Positions 1 to 11,514 of a DNA stretch of 64,000 nucleotides are shown here, piece after piece; the first letter of the stretch is position 1; every line of letters starts with the position of its first letter. A program made the translations under genes and the position numbers. The stretch lies in NCBI GenBank assembly GCA_964016885.1, contig OZ024743.1, positions 353,462,001 through 353,526,000 on the forward strand, written 5' to 3'. The notes below the pieces were generated by a model that saw only the letters and a program-made list of their open reading frames with translations, did no database searches and was not told where the DNA came from. Source of the DNA: Eledone cirrhosa (lineage: Eukaryota).

Positions 1-321
1 TTCTACGACAGATTGTTATAAGTATGTTGAGAATATCTACCGGAAGAGAAAATTCAATACTGAGAAAAGTACATTTTTAATAAAGATGACTCTCTGTATG
101 GTAACTTTGTAGACACCCGGATAGCGGGAACCACAAGTTTAGAACCTCTGGTCTGTAGTTTATTTACGAAATAGTCTTCATTATGCTGAATATGTAGGAA
201 AAAAATGTAAGCTTAATAAAATATGTCACTGATTGCTGATCATAACAAATATGTTAAAGAAATATAGTGGTTAATACAACTGTAGAGTATGTTTAGACTA
301 AATTACAGCTGTGACTCATGT

Positions 322-393
322 GGCCTTGTGGCGCAACGGTAGCGCGTCTGACTCCAGATCAGAAGGCTGCGTGTTCAAATCACGTCGGTGTCA
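322..393 (+). tRNA. trnW: tRNA-Trp(CCA), type A, C4-T69 acceptor-stem mismatch
   Basis: GGCCTTGTGGCGCAACGGTAGCGCGTCTGACTCCAGATCAGAAGGCTGCGTGTTCAAATCACGTCGGTGTCA; A/B boxes intact; T-run downstream. Confidence 0.85.
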
Positions 394-529
394 AATTCTT
401 TCACTATTTTTGGAGAGTTTTATTTGATTAAAAGCCCCAACGCTTTTTTGTAAAGTATCACCGGTAGTGACTTTCTGAACGTGGCTCACGAACGAAGGGA
501 AAGCAAATCGCTTTGGAAATCCTGAGTAC

Positions 530-1227
530 AGTCCGGTTCCTCCGTTCTCAAAGACATATTGAGATGAAGTCTGGACGCAGCTGGTTTTTCATCTCAACTG
601 GAGCTAGCAGGCCTAGAACGAGGAGATGGCAAACGCCCCTATGGAATCACCCTCTTCCTATTCAAAGGAGGTAGACCCCTCACTTGCTGAGACACATTCT
701 CCGCCTCCAACTTAGTCGCTTCGACCACAAGCTCCTGAAGGCAGCCCGCCTCGCAGAAGAACGTAAAATAAACAAATACCGGGGTTTATCCGGTCGCTTC
801 CTCTTCGAACCGGTTTCCGTCGAGACCTTAGGCGTAGTTGGACTCCGTACTGCCAAGCTCCTCCGCAAGAGCGGAACGTCGGTGGCTCGGCCGATGAGAG
901 AGCCCCGCGAGATTGGGTAGCGGTTTTTAGCGGGTGTCACAGGCTATCGTCTGGGGGAATGCGCTTGTTGTCTTGTCAACGGGGCGCAGCACTTCTGCCC
1001 TCTTGCCCTAGTCCCAAACATCAATCACCCTGCCCTTCTCATCATTCCTCTCTTCTGCGGCATCAGAAATCTTGCCATCCCCTCCCTTTTCCATTCTTTT
1101 CCTTCTTTCTTTCTCCCTTTTCTTCTATATCTCCTTATATCTTCTTTCCTTGTCTTTCCCCTTTTTTACTTTTGCTTACTAAATAAGGTTTGTATTTTGC
1201 TTTTGAACAAATTTAGTATTTGTTTTC
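530..1227 (+). mobile_element. 5'-truncated CRE-clade non-LTR retrotransposon (REL endonuclease end + 3' UTR)
   Basis: Decayed GDGKRP(D)GIT...KINKYRGLSGRFLFEPVSVETLGVVG; absent from the homologous site in type B units (GAGTAC|CTAG). Confidence 0.8.
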
Positions 1228-1819
1228 CTAGGAAGGTATATGCCAGTTTGTCATGTATACAATATATATAAATTTGACTGTTAATTCTAACAAGCCGAAC
1301 GACCACGTATTGTTTCTTCATTGGCTTGTATATATACATTTGTTTGTCTGTAGAATTTCAGTCAGTAGCCTGTATATATTCATTTGTTTGCCTATGACAC
1401 AGCTTTCCGACCATTTCACTACCAACCATTTCCTTTATAGGGATCAGAGCGTATATTTTACTAGCTGGACGAACATTTTCTACGACATATTGTTATACGT
1501 AAGGTGAGAATAACGACCGAAAGAAAAAAATCCATACTTAGAGAAGTATAGATACTTAATAACCAATGCACATAATGTTTTTAATAAAGAGAAATCTCTG
1601 TATGGTAACTATTCAGACACCCTGATAACGCGAACCACAGAACCTCTGATCTACAGTTTAGTTACGAAATAGTCTTCATTATGTTGAATGAAGAGGAGAA
1701 AAATGTTTGCTTGATAAAATATGTGACTGACTGCTGATCTTAATAAATTTGTTAAAGAAATACATTGGTTTATACGAGTGTCCACTATGTTTAGACTAAA
1801 ATATAGTCGTGACAAATGT

Positions 1820-1891
1820 GGCCCTGTGGCGCAACGGTAGCGCGTCTGACTCCAGATCAGAAGGCTGCGTGTTCAAATCACGTCGGGGTCA
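1820..1891 (+). tRNA. trnW: tRNA-Trp(CCA), intact
   Basis: Canonical cloverleaf, loop CTCCAGA, T-run terminator about 12 nt downstream. Confidence 0.95.
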
Positions 1892-2442
1892 AGTACATTA
1901 AGTGTTTTTTGAAAAGTTTTATTTGATCGAAAACCACGACGCTTTTTCGTTTCACAAGCAGTGACTTTCTGAACGTGGCTGATGAACAAAATCAACTCGC
2001 TTTGGGAAATCCTGAGTACCTAGAAAGGTAATATGCCAGTTTGTCATACATACAATATATATAAATTTGGCTGCTAATTCTAGCAAGCCGAAAGACTACG
2101 TAGAGTTTCCTTTACTGACTTGTATATCTACACTTGTTTGCATATATCACGCCTTTCCGACCATTTCACTACCAACTATTTCCTTTATAGGGATCAGAGC
2201 GTATATTGTACTAGCTGGTAGAACAGTTCCTACGACAGATTGTTATACGTAAGTTGAGAAAAACGACCGAAAGAGAAAAATGCATACTTAGAGAAGTATA
2301 GATACTTAATAACCTATGCACATAATGTTTTTAATAAATATGAATCTCTGTATGTAAACTTTTCAGACACCCGGATAACGCGAACCACAGAACCTCAGAT
2401 CTATAGTTTAGTTACGAAATAGTCTTCATTATGATGAATGAA

Positions 2443-2532
2443 TGACTTTGCCTTTCATCCTTACGGGGTCGATAAAATAAAGTACCTGTAATGCACTGGA
2501 TAATTGCTGGCCTTGTGCCTAAAGTAGAAACA
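2443..2532 (+). mobile_element. 5'-truncated tRNA-SINE (GCCTTTCATCC...GGTCGATAAA...GTACC core)
   Basis: Matches full copies at 31747 and 50775; TSD-like ATTATG(A/T)TGAATGAA. Confidence 0.85.
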
Positions 2533-2674
2533 ATTATGTTGAATGAAGAGGAGAAAAATGTTTGCTTGATAAAATGTGTGACTGACTGCTGATCTTAATA
2601 AATTTGTTAAAGAAATACATTGGTTTATACGAGTGTCCACTATGTTTAGACTAAAATATAGCTGAGACTAATGT

Positions 2675-2746
2675 GGCCCCGTGGCGCAACGACAGCGCGT
2701 CTGACCCCAGATCAGAAGGCTGCGTGTTCAAGTCATGTCGGGGTCA
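2675..2746 (+). pseudogene. trnW: tRNA-Trp pseudogene
   Basis: G19A, T20C, U33C; 3' flank and terminator deleted. Confidence 0.8.
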
Positions 2747-2940
2747 ATAAAGATGAATCTCTGTATGGTAACTTTTCAGACACCCGGATAACGCGAACCA
2801 CCGAAACTCTGATCTACAGTTTAGTTACGAAATAGTCTTCATTATGTTGAATGAAAAGGAGAAAAATGTTTGCTTGATAAAATATGTGACTGACTGCTGA
2901 TTTTAATAAATTTGTTAAAGAAATACATTGTTTTATACGA

Positions 2941-3503
2941 ATCACCCTCTTCCTATTCAAAGGAGGTAGACCCCTCACCTGCTGAGATACATTCTCCGCC
3001 TCCAACTTAGTCGCTTCGACCACAAGCTCCTGAAGGCAGCCCGCCTCGCAGAAGAACGTAAAATAAACAAATACCGGGGTTTGTCCGGTCGCTTCCTCTT
3101 CGAACCGGTTGCCGTCGAGACCTGAGGTGCAGTTGGACCCCGTACTGCCAAGCTCCTCGTCAAGAGCGGCCCGTCGGTGGCTCGTCCGAGGAGGGAGCCC
3201 CGCGAGATTGGGTGGATGTTTTAGCGGGTGTCACAGGCTGGGGGAGTGCGTTTGTTGTCTTGTCAACGGGGCGCAGCACTTCTGCCCTCTTGCCCTAGTC
3301 CCAAACATCAATCACCCTCCCCTTCACATCATTCCTCTCTTCTGCGACATCAGAAATCTTGCCATCGCCTCCCTTTTTCTTTCTTTTCCTTCTTTCTTTC
3401 TATAATTCCTTATTTCTTCTTTCCTTTTCTTTCCCCTTATTTTACTTTTGCTTACTAAATAAGGTTTGTATTTTGCTTTTGAACAAATTTAGTATCTGTT
3501 TTC
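2941..3503 (+). mobile_element. CRE REL-end fragment (array copy, left end deleted)
   Basis: Near-identical to 645-1227. Confidence 0.8.
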
Positions 3504-4095
3504 CTAGGAAGGTATATGCCTTTTTGTCATGTATACAATATATATAAATTTGACTGTTAATTCTAACAAGCCGAACGACCTCATAGAGTATCCTCATTGG
3601 CTTGTATATATACATTTGTTTGTTTGTAGAATTTCAGTCATTAGCTTGTATATATTCATTTGTTTGCCTATGTCACAGCTTTCCGACCATTTCACTACCA
3701 ACTATTTCCTTTATAGGGAACAGAGCGTATATTTTACTAGCTGGAAGAACATTTTCAACGACAGATTGTTATACGTAAGTTGAGAATAACGACCGAAAGA
3801 AAAAAATCCATACATAGAGGAGTATAGATACTTAATAACCTATGCACATAATGTTTTTAATAAATATGAATCTCTGTATGGTAACTTTTCAGACACCCTG
3901 ATAACGCGAACCACAGAACCTCTGATCTACAGTTTAGTTACGAAATAGTCTTCATTATGTTGAATGAAGAGGAGAAAAATGTTTGCTTGATAAAATATGT
4001 GACAGACTGCTGATCTTAATAAATTTGTTAAAGAAATACATTGGTTTATACGAGTGTACAACATGTTTAGACTAAAATATAGCTGAGACTAATGT

Positions 4096-4168
4096 GGCCC
4101 TGTGGCGCAACGTTAGCGCGTCTGACTCAAAGATCAGAAGGCTGCGTGTTCAAATCACGTCGGGGTCA
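4096..4168 (+). pseudogene. tRNA-Trp-derived gene with 8-nt anticodon loop
   Basis: TCTGA-CTCAAAGA-TCAGA; G19T in D-loop; 73 nt. Confidence 0.75.
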
Positions 4169-4621
4169 AGTCCATTAAGTGTTTTTTGAAAAGTTTTATT
4201 TGATTGAAAACCACGACACTTTTTCGTATCACCAGCAGTGACTTTCTGAACGTGGCTGATGAACAAAATCAACTCGCTCTGGGAAATCCTGAGTACCTAG
4301 AAAGGTATATGCCAGTTTGTCATACATACAATATATATAAATTTTGCTGCTAATTCTAGCAAGCCGAAAGACTACGTAGAGTTTCCTTTACTGGCGTGGA
4401 TATCTAAATTTGTTTGCATATATCACGTCTTTCCGACAATTTCACTACCAAGTACTTTCTTTATAGAGATCAGAACGTATATGTTACTTGCTGGAAGAAG
4501 ATCTACGACAGATTGTTATAAGTGTGTTGAGAATATCTACCGGAAGAGAAAATTCAATACTGAGAAAAGTACATTTTTAATAAAGATGAATCTCTGTATG
4601 GTAACTTTGTCGACACCCGGA

Positions 4622-4921
4622 TAGCGGGTGTCACAGGCTATCGTCTGGGGGAATGCGTTTGTTGTCTTGTCAACGGGGCGCAGCACTTCTGCCCTCTTGC
4701 CCTAGTCCCAAACATTAATCACCCTCCCCTTCTCATCATTCCTCTCTTCTGCGGCATCAGAAATCTTGCCATCCCCTCCCTTTTGCATTCTTTTCCTTCT
4801 TTCTTTCTCCCTTTTCTTCTATATCTCCTTATATCTTCTTTCCTTGTCTTTCCCTTTTTTTACTTTTGCTTACTAAATAAGGTTTGTATTTTGCTTTTGA
4901 ACAAATTTAGTATCTGTTTTC
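4622..4921 (+). mobile_element. CRE 3' end fragment (array copy)
   Basis: Matches 928-1227; joined via TAGCGGG microhomology. Confidence 0.8.
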
Positions 4922-5513
4922 CTAGGAAGGTATATGCCAGTTTGTCATGTATACAATATATATAAAATTGACTGTTAATTCTAACAAGCCGAACGACCAC
5001 GTATTGTTTCTTCATTGGCTTGTATATATACATTTGTTTGTCTGTAGAATTTCAGTCAGTAGCTTGTATATATTCATTTGTTTGCCTATGACACAGCTTT
5101 CCGACCATTTCACTACCAACCATTTCCTTTATAGGGATCAGAGCGTATATTTTACTAGCTGGACGAACATTTTCTACGATATATTGTTATACGTAAGATG
5201 AGAATAACGACCGAAAGAAAAAAATCCATACTTAGAGAAGTATAGATACTTAATAACCAATGCACATAATGTTTTTAATAAATATGAATCTCTGTATGGT
5301 AACTTTTCAGACACCCGGATAACGCGAACCACCGAAACTCTGATCTATAGTTAAGTTACGAAATAGTCTTCATTATGTTGAATGAAGAGGAGAAAAATGT
5401 TTGCTTGATAAAACATGTGACTGACTGCTGATCTTAATAAATTCGTTAAAGAAATACATTGGTTTATACGAGTGTCCACTATGTTTAGACTAAAATATAG
5501 CTGAGACTAATGT

Positions 5514-5585
5514 GGCCCTGTGGCGCAAAGGTAGCGCGTCTGACTCCAGATCAGAAGGCTGCGTGTTCAAATCACGTCGGGGTCA
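5514..5585 (+). tRNA. trnW: tRNA-Trp(CCA), C16A only
   Basis: Cloverleaf intact, terminator present. Confidence 0.9.
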
Positions 5586-6241
5586 AGTCCATTAAGTGTT
5601 TTTTGAAAAGTTTTATTGAATTGAAAACCACGACACTTTTTCGTATCACAAGCAGTGACTATCTGAACGTGGCTGATTAACAAAATCAACTCGCTTTGGG
5701 AAATCCTGAGTACCTAGAAAGGTATATGCCAGTTTGTCATACATACAATATATATAAATATGGCTGCTAATTCTAGCAAGCCGAAAGACTACGTAGAGTC
5801 TCTTTTACTGGCGTCTATATCTACATATGTTTGCATATATCACGGCATTACGACAATTTCACTACCAAGTACTTTCTTTATAGAGATCAGAACGTATATG
5901 TTACTTGCTGGAAGAAGATCTTCTACGACAGATTGTTATACGTATGTTGAGAATATCTACCGGAAGAGAAAATTCCATACTTAGAAAAGTACGTTCTTAA
6001 TAAAGATGAATCTCTGTATGGTAACTTTGTAGACACCCGGATAGCACGAACCACAAGTTTAGAACCTCTGGTCTGTAGTTTAGTTACGAAATAGTCTTCA
6101 TTATGCTGAATATGTATGAAAAAAATGTTAGCTTAATAAAATATGTCACTGATTGCTGATCATAACAAATATGTTAAAGAAATATAGGGGTTAATACAAA
6201 TGTAGAGTATGCTTAGACTAAATTACAGTTGTAACTCATGT

Positions 6242-6313
6242 GGCCTTGTGGCGCAACGGTAGCGCGTCTGACTCCAGATCAGAAGGCTGTAGTTTCAAAT
6301 CATGTCGGGGTCA
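6242..6313 (+). pseudogene. trnW: tRNA-Trp pseudogene
   Basis: T-arm/B-box damaged (GTAGTTTCAAATCATGT). Confidence 0.8.
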
Positions 6314-6449
6314 AATTCTTTAACTGTTTTTGAAAAGTTTTATTTGATTAAAAGCCCCAACACTTTTTTGTAATGTATCACCGGTAGTGACTTTCTGAAC
6401 GTGGCTCACAAACGAAGCGAAATCAAATCGCTTTGGAAATCCTGTGCAC

Positions 6450-7146
6450 AGTCCGGGTCCCCGTTCTCAACGACATATTGAAATGAAGTCTGTACTTAGC
6501 TGGTTTTTCATCTCAACTGTAGTTTGTAGGACGAGATCGAGGAGATGGCAAGCGCCGCGATGGACTCACCCTCATCCTATTTGAAGGAGGTAGACCCCTC
6601 ACCTGCTGAGACACATTCTCAGCCTCCAACTTGGTCGCTTCGACCACAAACCCCAGAAGGCACCCCGCCTCGAAGCAGAACGTAAAATAAACAAATACCG
6701 GGGTTTACCCGGTCGCTTCCTCTTCGAACCGGTTGCCGTCGAGACGTGAGGCGTAGCTGGACCAAGTACTGCCAAGCTCCTCCGCAAGAGCGGACCGTCG
6801 GTGGCTCGTCCGAGGAGGGAGCCCCGCGAGATTGGGTGCGGTTTTTAGCGGGTGTCACAGGCTATCATCTGGGGGAATTCGTTTGTTGTCTTATCAACAG
6901 GATGCAGCACTTCTGCCCTCTTGCCCTAGTCCCAAACATCAATCACCCTCCCCTTCTCATCATTCCTCTCTTCTGCGGCATCAGAAATCTTGCCATCCCC
7001 TCCCTTTTTCCGTTCTTTTCCTTCTTTCTTTCTCCCTTTTCTTCTATATTTCCTTATATCTTCTTTACTTTTCTTTCCCCTTTTTTACTTTTGCTTACTA
7101 AATAAGGTTTGTATTTTGCTTTTGAACAAATTTAGCATCTGTTTTC
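6450..7146 (+). mobile_element. CRE REL-end fragment (array copy)
   Basis: Homologous to 530-1227 with the same junctions. Confidence 0.8.
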
Positions 7147-7716
7147 CTAGGAAGGTATACGCCAGTTTGTCATGTATACAATATATATAAATTTGACTGT
7201 TAATTCTAACAAGCCGAACGACCACATAGAGTTTCCTCATTGGCTTGTTTATATACATTTGTTTGTCTGTAGAATTTCAGTCATTAGCTTGTATATATTC
7301 ATTTGTTTGCCTATGACACAGCTTTCCGACCATTTCACTACCAACTATTTCCTTTATAGGGATCAGGGCGTATATTTTACTAGCTGGAAGAACATTTTCT
7401 ACGACAGATTGTTATATGTAAGTTGAGAATAACGACCGAAAGAAAAAAAAAACTTAATGACCTATGCACATAATGTTTTTAATAAAGATGAATCTCTGTA
7501 TGGTAACTTTTCAGACACCCGCATAACGCGAACCACAGAACCTCTGATCTATAGTTTAGTTACGAAATAGTCTTCATTATGTTGAATGAAGAGGAGAAAA
7601 ATGTTTGCTTGATAAAATTTGTGACTGACTGCTGATCTTAATAAATTCGTAAAGAAATACATTGGTTTATACGAGTGTACAGTGTGTTTAGACTAAAATA
7701 TAACTGAGACTAATGT

Positions 7717-7788
7717 GGCCCTGTGGCGCAACGGTAGCACGTCTGACTCCAGATCAGAAGGCTGCGTGTTCATATCACGTCGGGGTCA
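7717..7788 (+). pseudogene. trnW: tRNA-Trp variant G24A, A58T
   Basis: D-stem 3' strand GCAC; T-loop TTCATAT. Confidence 0.75.
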
Positions 7789-8119
7789 AGTCCATTAAGT
7801 GTTTTTTGAAAAGTTTTAGTTGATCGAAAACCACGACGCTTTTTCGTATCACCAGCAGTGACTTTCTGAACGTGGCTGATGAAAAAAATCAACTCGCTTT
7901 GGGAAATCCTGAGTACCTAGAAAGGTATATGCCAGTTTGTCTTACATACAATATATATAAATTTGGCTGCTAATTCTAGCAAGGCGAAAGACTACGTAGA
8001 GTTTCCTTTACTGGCTTGTATATCTACATTTGTTTGCATATATCACGGCTTTCCGACAATTTCACTACCAAAGTACTTTCTTTATAGAGATCAGAGCGTA
8101 TATGTTACTTGCTGGAAGT

Positions 8120-8177
8120 ACGGTAGCGCGTCTGACTCCAGATCAGAAGGCTGCGTGTTCAAATCACGCCGCGGTTA
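8120..8177 (+). pseudogene. trnW: 5'-truncated tRNA-Trp
   Basis: Begins at A15 (ACGGTAGCGCG); upstream part deleted. Confidence 0.85.
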
Positions 8178-8313
8178 AATTCTTTCGCTGTTTATGGAAA
8201 GTTTTATTTGATTAAAAGCCCCAACGCTTTTTTGTAAAGTATCACCGGTAGTGAATTTCTGAACGTGGCTCACAAACGAAGCGAAATCAAATCGCTTTGG
8301 AAATCCTGAGTAC

Positions 8314-8993
8314 AGTCCGGGTCCCTGTTCTCAACGACATATTGAGATGAAGCCTGGACGCAGCTGGTTTTTCATCTCAACAGGTGCTAGCAGGACTAGA
8401 TCGAGAAGGCAAGCGCCCCGATGGAATCACCCTGTTCATATTCGAAGGAGGTCGACCCATCACCTGCGGAGACACATTCTCCTCCTCCAACTTAGTCGCT
8501 TCGACCACAAACCCCCGATGGCAGCCCGCCTGGTAGAAGAACATAAAATAAACAAATACCGGGGTTTGTCCGGTCGCTCCCTCTTCGAACCGGTTGCTGT
8601 CGAGACCTGAGGCGTAGTTGGACCCCGTACTGCCAAGCTCCTCTGCAAGAGAGGACCGTCGGTGGCTCGTCCTAGGAGGAGCCTTGCGGATTGGGTGGCT
8701 GTTTTAGTGGGTGTCACTGGCTATCGTCTGGGGGAATGCGTTTGTTGTCTTGTCAACGGGGCGCAGCACTTCTGCTCTCTTGCCCTAGTCCCAAACATCA
8801 ATCACCCTCCCCTTCACACCAATCCTCTCTTCTGCGGCATCAGAAATCTTGCCATCCCCTCTCTTTCCGTTCTTTTCCTTCTTTCTTTCTCTCTTTTCTT
8901 CTATATTTCCTCATTACTTCTTTCGCCTTTTTTACTTTTGCTTACTAAATAAGGTTTGTATTTTGCTTTTGAAGAAATTTAGTATCTGTTTTC
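8314..8993 (+). mobile_element. CRE REL-end fragment (array copy)
   Basis: AAGCGCCCCGATGGAATCACC = KRPDGIT intact in this copy. Confidence 0.8.
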
Positions 8994-9584
8994 CTAGGAA
9001 GGTATATGCCAGTTTGTCATGTATACAATATATATAAATTTGACTGTTAACTCTAACAAGCCGAACGACCACGTAGAGTTTCCTCATTGGCTTGTATATA
9101 TACATTGGTTTGTCTGTAGAATTTAAGTCATTAGCTTGTATATATTCATTTGTTTGCCTATGTCACAGCTTTGCGCCATTTCACTACCAACTATTTCCTT
9201 TATAGGGATCAGAGCGTATATTTTACTAGCTGGAAGAACATTTTCTACGACAGATTGTTATACGTAAGTTGAGAATAACGACCGAAAGAAAAAAATCCAT
9301 ACTTAGAGAAGTATAGATACTTAATAACCTATGCACATAATGTTTTTAATAAAGATGAATCTCTGTATGGTAACTTTTCAGACACCCGAATAACGCGAAC
9401 CACAGAACCTCTGATCTATAGTTTAGTTACGAAATAGTTTTCATTATGTTGAATGAAGAGGAGAAAAATGTTTGCTTGATAAAATACGTGACTGACTGCT
9501 GATCTTAATAAATTTGTTAAAGAAATACATTGGTTTATACGAGTGTACAGTGTGTTTAGACTAAAATATAACAGAGACTAATGT

Positions 9585-9643
9585 GTCCCTGTGGCGAAAC
9601 GGTAGCGCGTCTGACTCCAGATCAGAAGGCTGTGTGTTCAAAA
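9585..9643 (+). pseudogene. trnW: 3'-truncated tRNA-Trp
   Basis: Ends in the T-loop and jumps into spacer via AAATC. Confidence 0.85.
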
Positions 9644-9799
9644 TCCATACTTAGAGAAGTATAGATACTTAATAACGTATGCACATAATGTTTTTAATAA
9701 AGATGAATCTCTGTATGGTAACTTTGCAGACACCTGGATAACGCAAACCACAGAACCTCTGATCTATAGTTTAGTTACGAAATAGTCTTCAGTATGTTG

Positions 9800-9903
9800 A
9801 ATCCCGTCGAGGTTAACTTTGCCTTTCATCCTTACGGGGTCGATAAAATAAAGTACCAGTAATGAACTGGGTAATTGCTGGCTTTGTGCCAAAAGTAGAA
9901 ACG
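9800..9903 (+). mobile_element. 5'-truncated tRNA-SINE
   Basis: Same family as 2443; flanked by ATGTTGAAT repeats. Confidence 0.85.
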
Positions 9904-10045
9904 ATCATGTTGAATGTGAAGGAGAAAAATGTTTGCTTGATAAAATATGTGACTGACTGCTGATCTTAATAAATTTGTTAAAAAAATAAATTGGTTTATA
10001 CGAGTGTATAGTATGTTTAGACTAAAATATGGCTGAGACAAATGT

Positions 10046-10117
10046 GACCCTGTGGCGCAATGGTTGCGCGTCTGATTCCAGATCAGAAGACTGCGTGTTC
10101 AAGTCACGTCGGGGTTA
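10046..10117 (+). pseudogene. trnW: tRNA-Trp, multiply substituted
   Basis: A21T, C32T, G46A, C72T; anticodon CCA retained. Confidence 0.75.
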
Positions 10118-10773
10118 AGTCCATCAACTGTTTTTTGAAAAGTTTTATTTGATTGAAAACCACGACGCTTTTTCGTATTACCAGCAGTGACTTTCTGAAC
10201 GTGGCTGATGAACAAAATCAACTCGCTTTGGGAAATCCTGAGTACCTAGAAAGGTATGTGCCAGTTTGTCATACATACAATATATATAAATTTGGCTGCT
10301 AATTCTAGCAAGCCGAAAGACTACGTAGAGTTTCCTTTATTGGCGTGTATATCTACATTTGTTTGCATATATCACGTCTTTCCGACAATTTCACTACCAA
10401 GTACTTTCTTTATAGAGATCAGAACGTATATGTTACTTGCTGGAAGTACATCTTCTACGACAGATTGTTATACGTATGTTGAGAATATCTACCGTAAGAG
10501 AAAATTCCATACTTATAAAAGTACGTTTTTAATAAAGATGAATCTCTGTATGGTAACTTTGTAGACACCCGGATAGCGGGAACCACAAGTTTAGAACCTC
10601 TGCTCTGTAGTTTAGTTACGAAATAGTCTTCATTATGCAGAATGTGCCGGAGAAAATGGATAGCTTCATAAAATATGTGACTGACTGCTGATCATAACAA
10701 ATATGTGAAAGAGATCTATGGACTTAAACGAATGTAGAGTATGTTTAGACTAAAATATAGCCGAGACTAATGT

Positions 10774-10845
10774 GGCCCTGTGGCGCAACGGTAGCGCGTC
10801 TGACTCCAGATCAGAAGGCTGCGTGTTGTAATCACGTCGGGGTCA
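10774..10845 (+). pseudogene. trnW: tRNA-Trp with broken B box
   Basis: T-loop TTGTAAT instead of TTCAAAT. Confidence 0.8.
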
Positions 10846-11134
10846 AATTCATTCAAAGTTTTTGAATTGTTTTAATTGATTAAAAGCCACGACAGCTTTT
10901 GGTGTGTATTTTATAAAATACGTTAACCTTTTTAATATCAAAACACCTAAAATCGCTCGTAGTTTTTAAGTACAAAACAGTTTGCATATCTAAAAACCTT
11001 TAATCATAGTTTTATTTCTAGAACTTTTGTTTAATTATGTTCCAAGTATCATCTTGATGAGAAAGGTAGTTATATTAATTAAACCGGCAAAATCTTTCAA
11101 AATTGTTTGAAAATCGTAGGTTGTATATTTCATT

Positions 11135-11510
11135 TCAGAAGATGATAAAATCCTCAATTGGCGTCCAGCAAGGCGATCCATTGGGAGCCCTCCTCTTCTC
11201 TCACGATGTGAACAGCGTTGCACGGAGCATCACCGCCCTTCTCAACGTGTGGTACTTGGACAATGCGAGGATAGGCGGGCCTGCAGAGAATGTCTGCCAG
11301 GTTCTGCAATCAGTCGTTGTCGCTCTAGCGGGGATCGGCCTCGAAATAGATTTGTTCAAGTCGGAGGTCACTGCTCCCAGATGCACCTCGCGTACATCCG
11401 AAGATGATGTTGTGATTTGGTTTAGGAGATCAGCAAAGTATTCTCTCTATCACGCAAGGATACAACTATTTGAAGAGAGAAGAACTTCAGACGCGGTTGA
11501 TAGTAGGTAC
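11135..11510 (+). mobile_element. CRE-clade reverse transcriptase fragment
   Basis: GVQQGDPLGALLF...NVWYLDNARIGG...IGLEI. Confidence 0.8.
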
Positions 11511-11514
11511 GGAG

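Larger units (their letters stand above)
1..10900 (+). repeat. Scrambled tandem array of tRNA-Trp units (type A ~1.48 kb + type B ~0.73 kb)
   Basis: Same ~300-bp 5' flank (AATAAAGATGAATCTCTGTATGG...GACTAAAATA) and 3' flank recur around 11 tRNA copies; spacings 1498, 728, 1475 and 728 bp. Confidence 0.92.

Noticed and set aside
1970-2020. TGATGA...CTGA downstream of type B tRNAs as a C/D snoRNA (tRNA-snoRNA dicistron)
   Set aside because: Only ~40 nt, separated from the tRNA by T-run terminators, and TGATGA is not kept in type A units
4121-4138. TCA in the expanded loop as an opal suppressor anticodon
   Set aside because: TCA occupies positions 33-35, not the anticodon register
1253-10564. 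Recurrent 60-100 aa ORFs in array spacers
   Set aside because: Recur only because the DNA is repeated; frames break between copies
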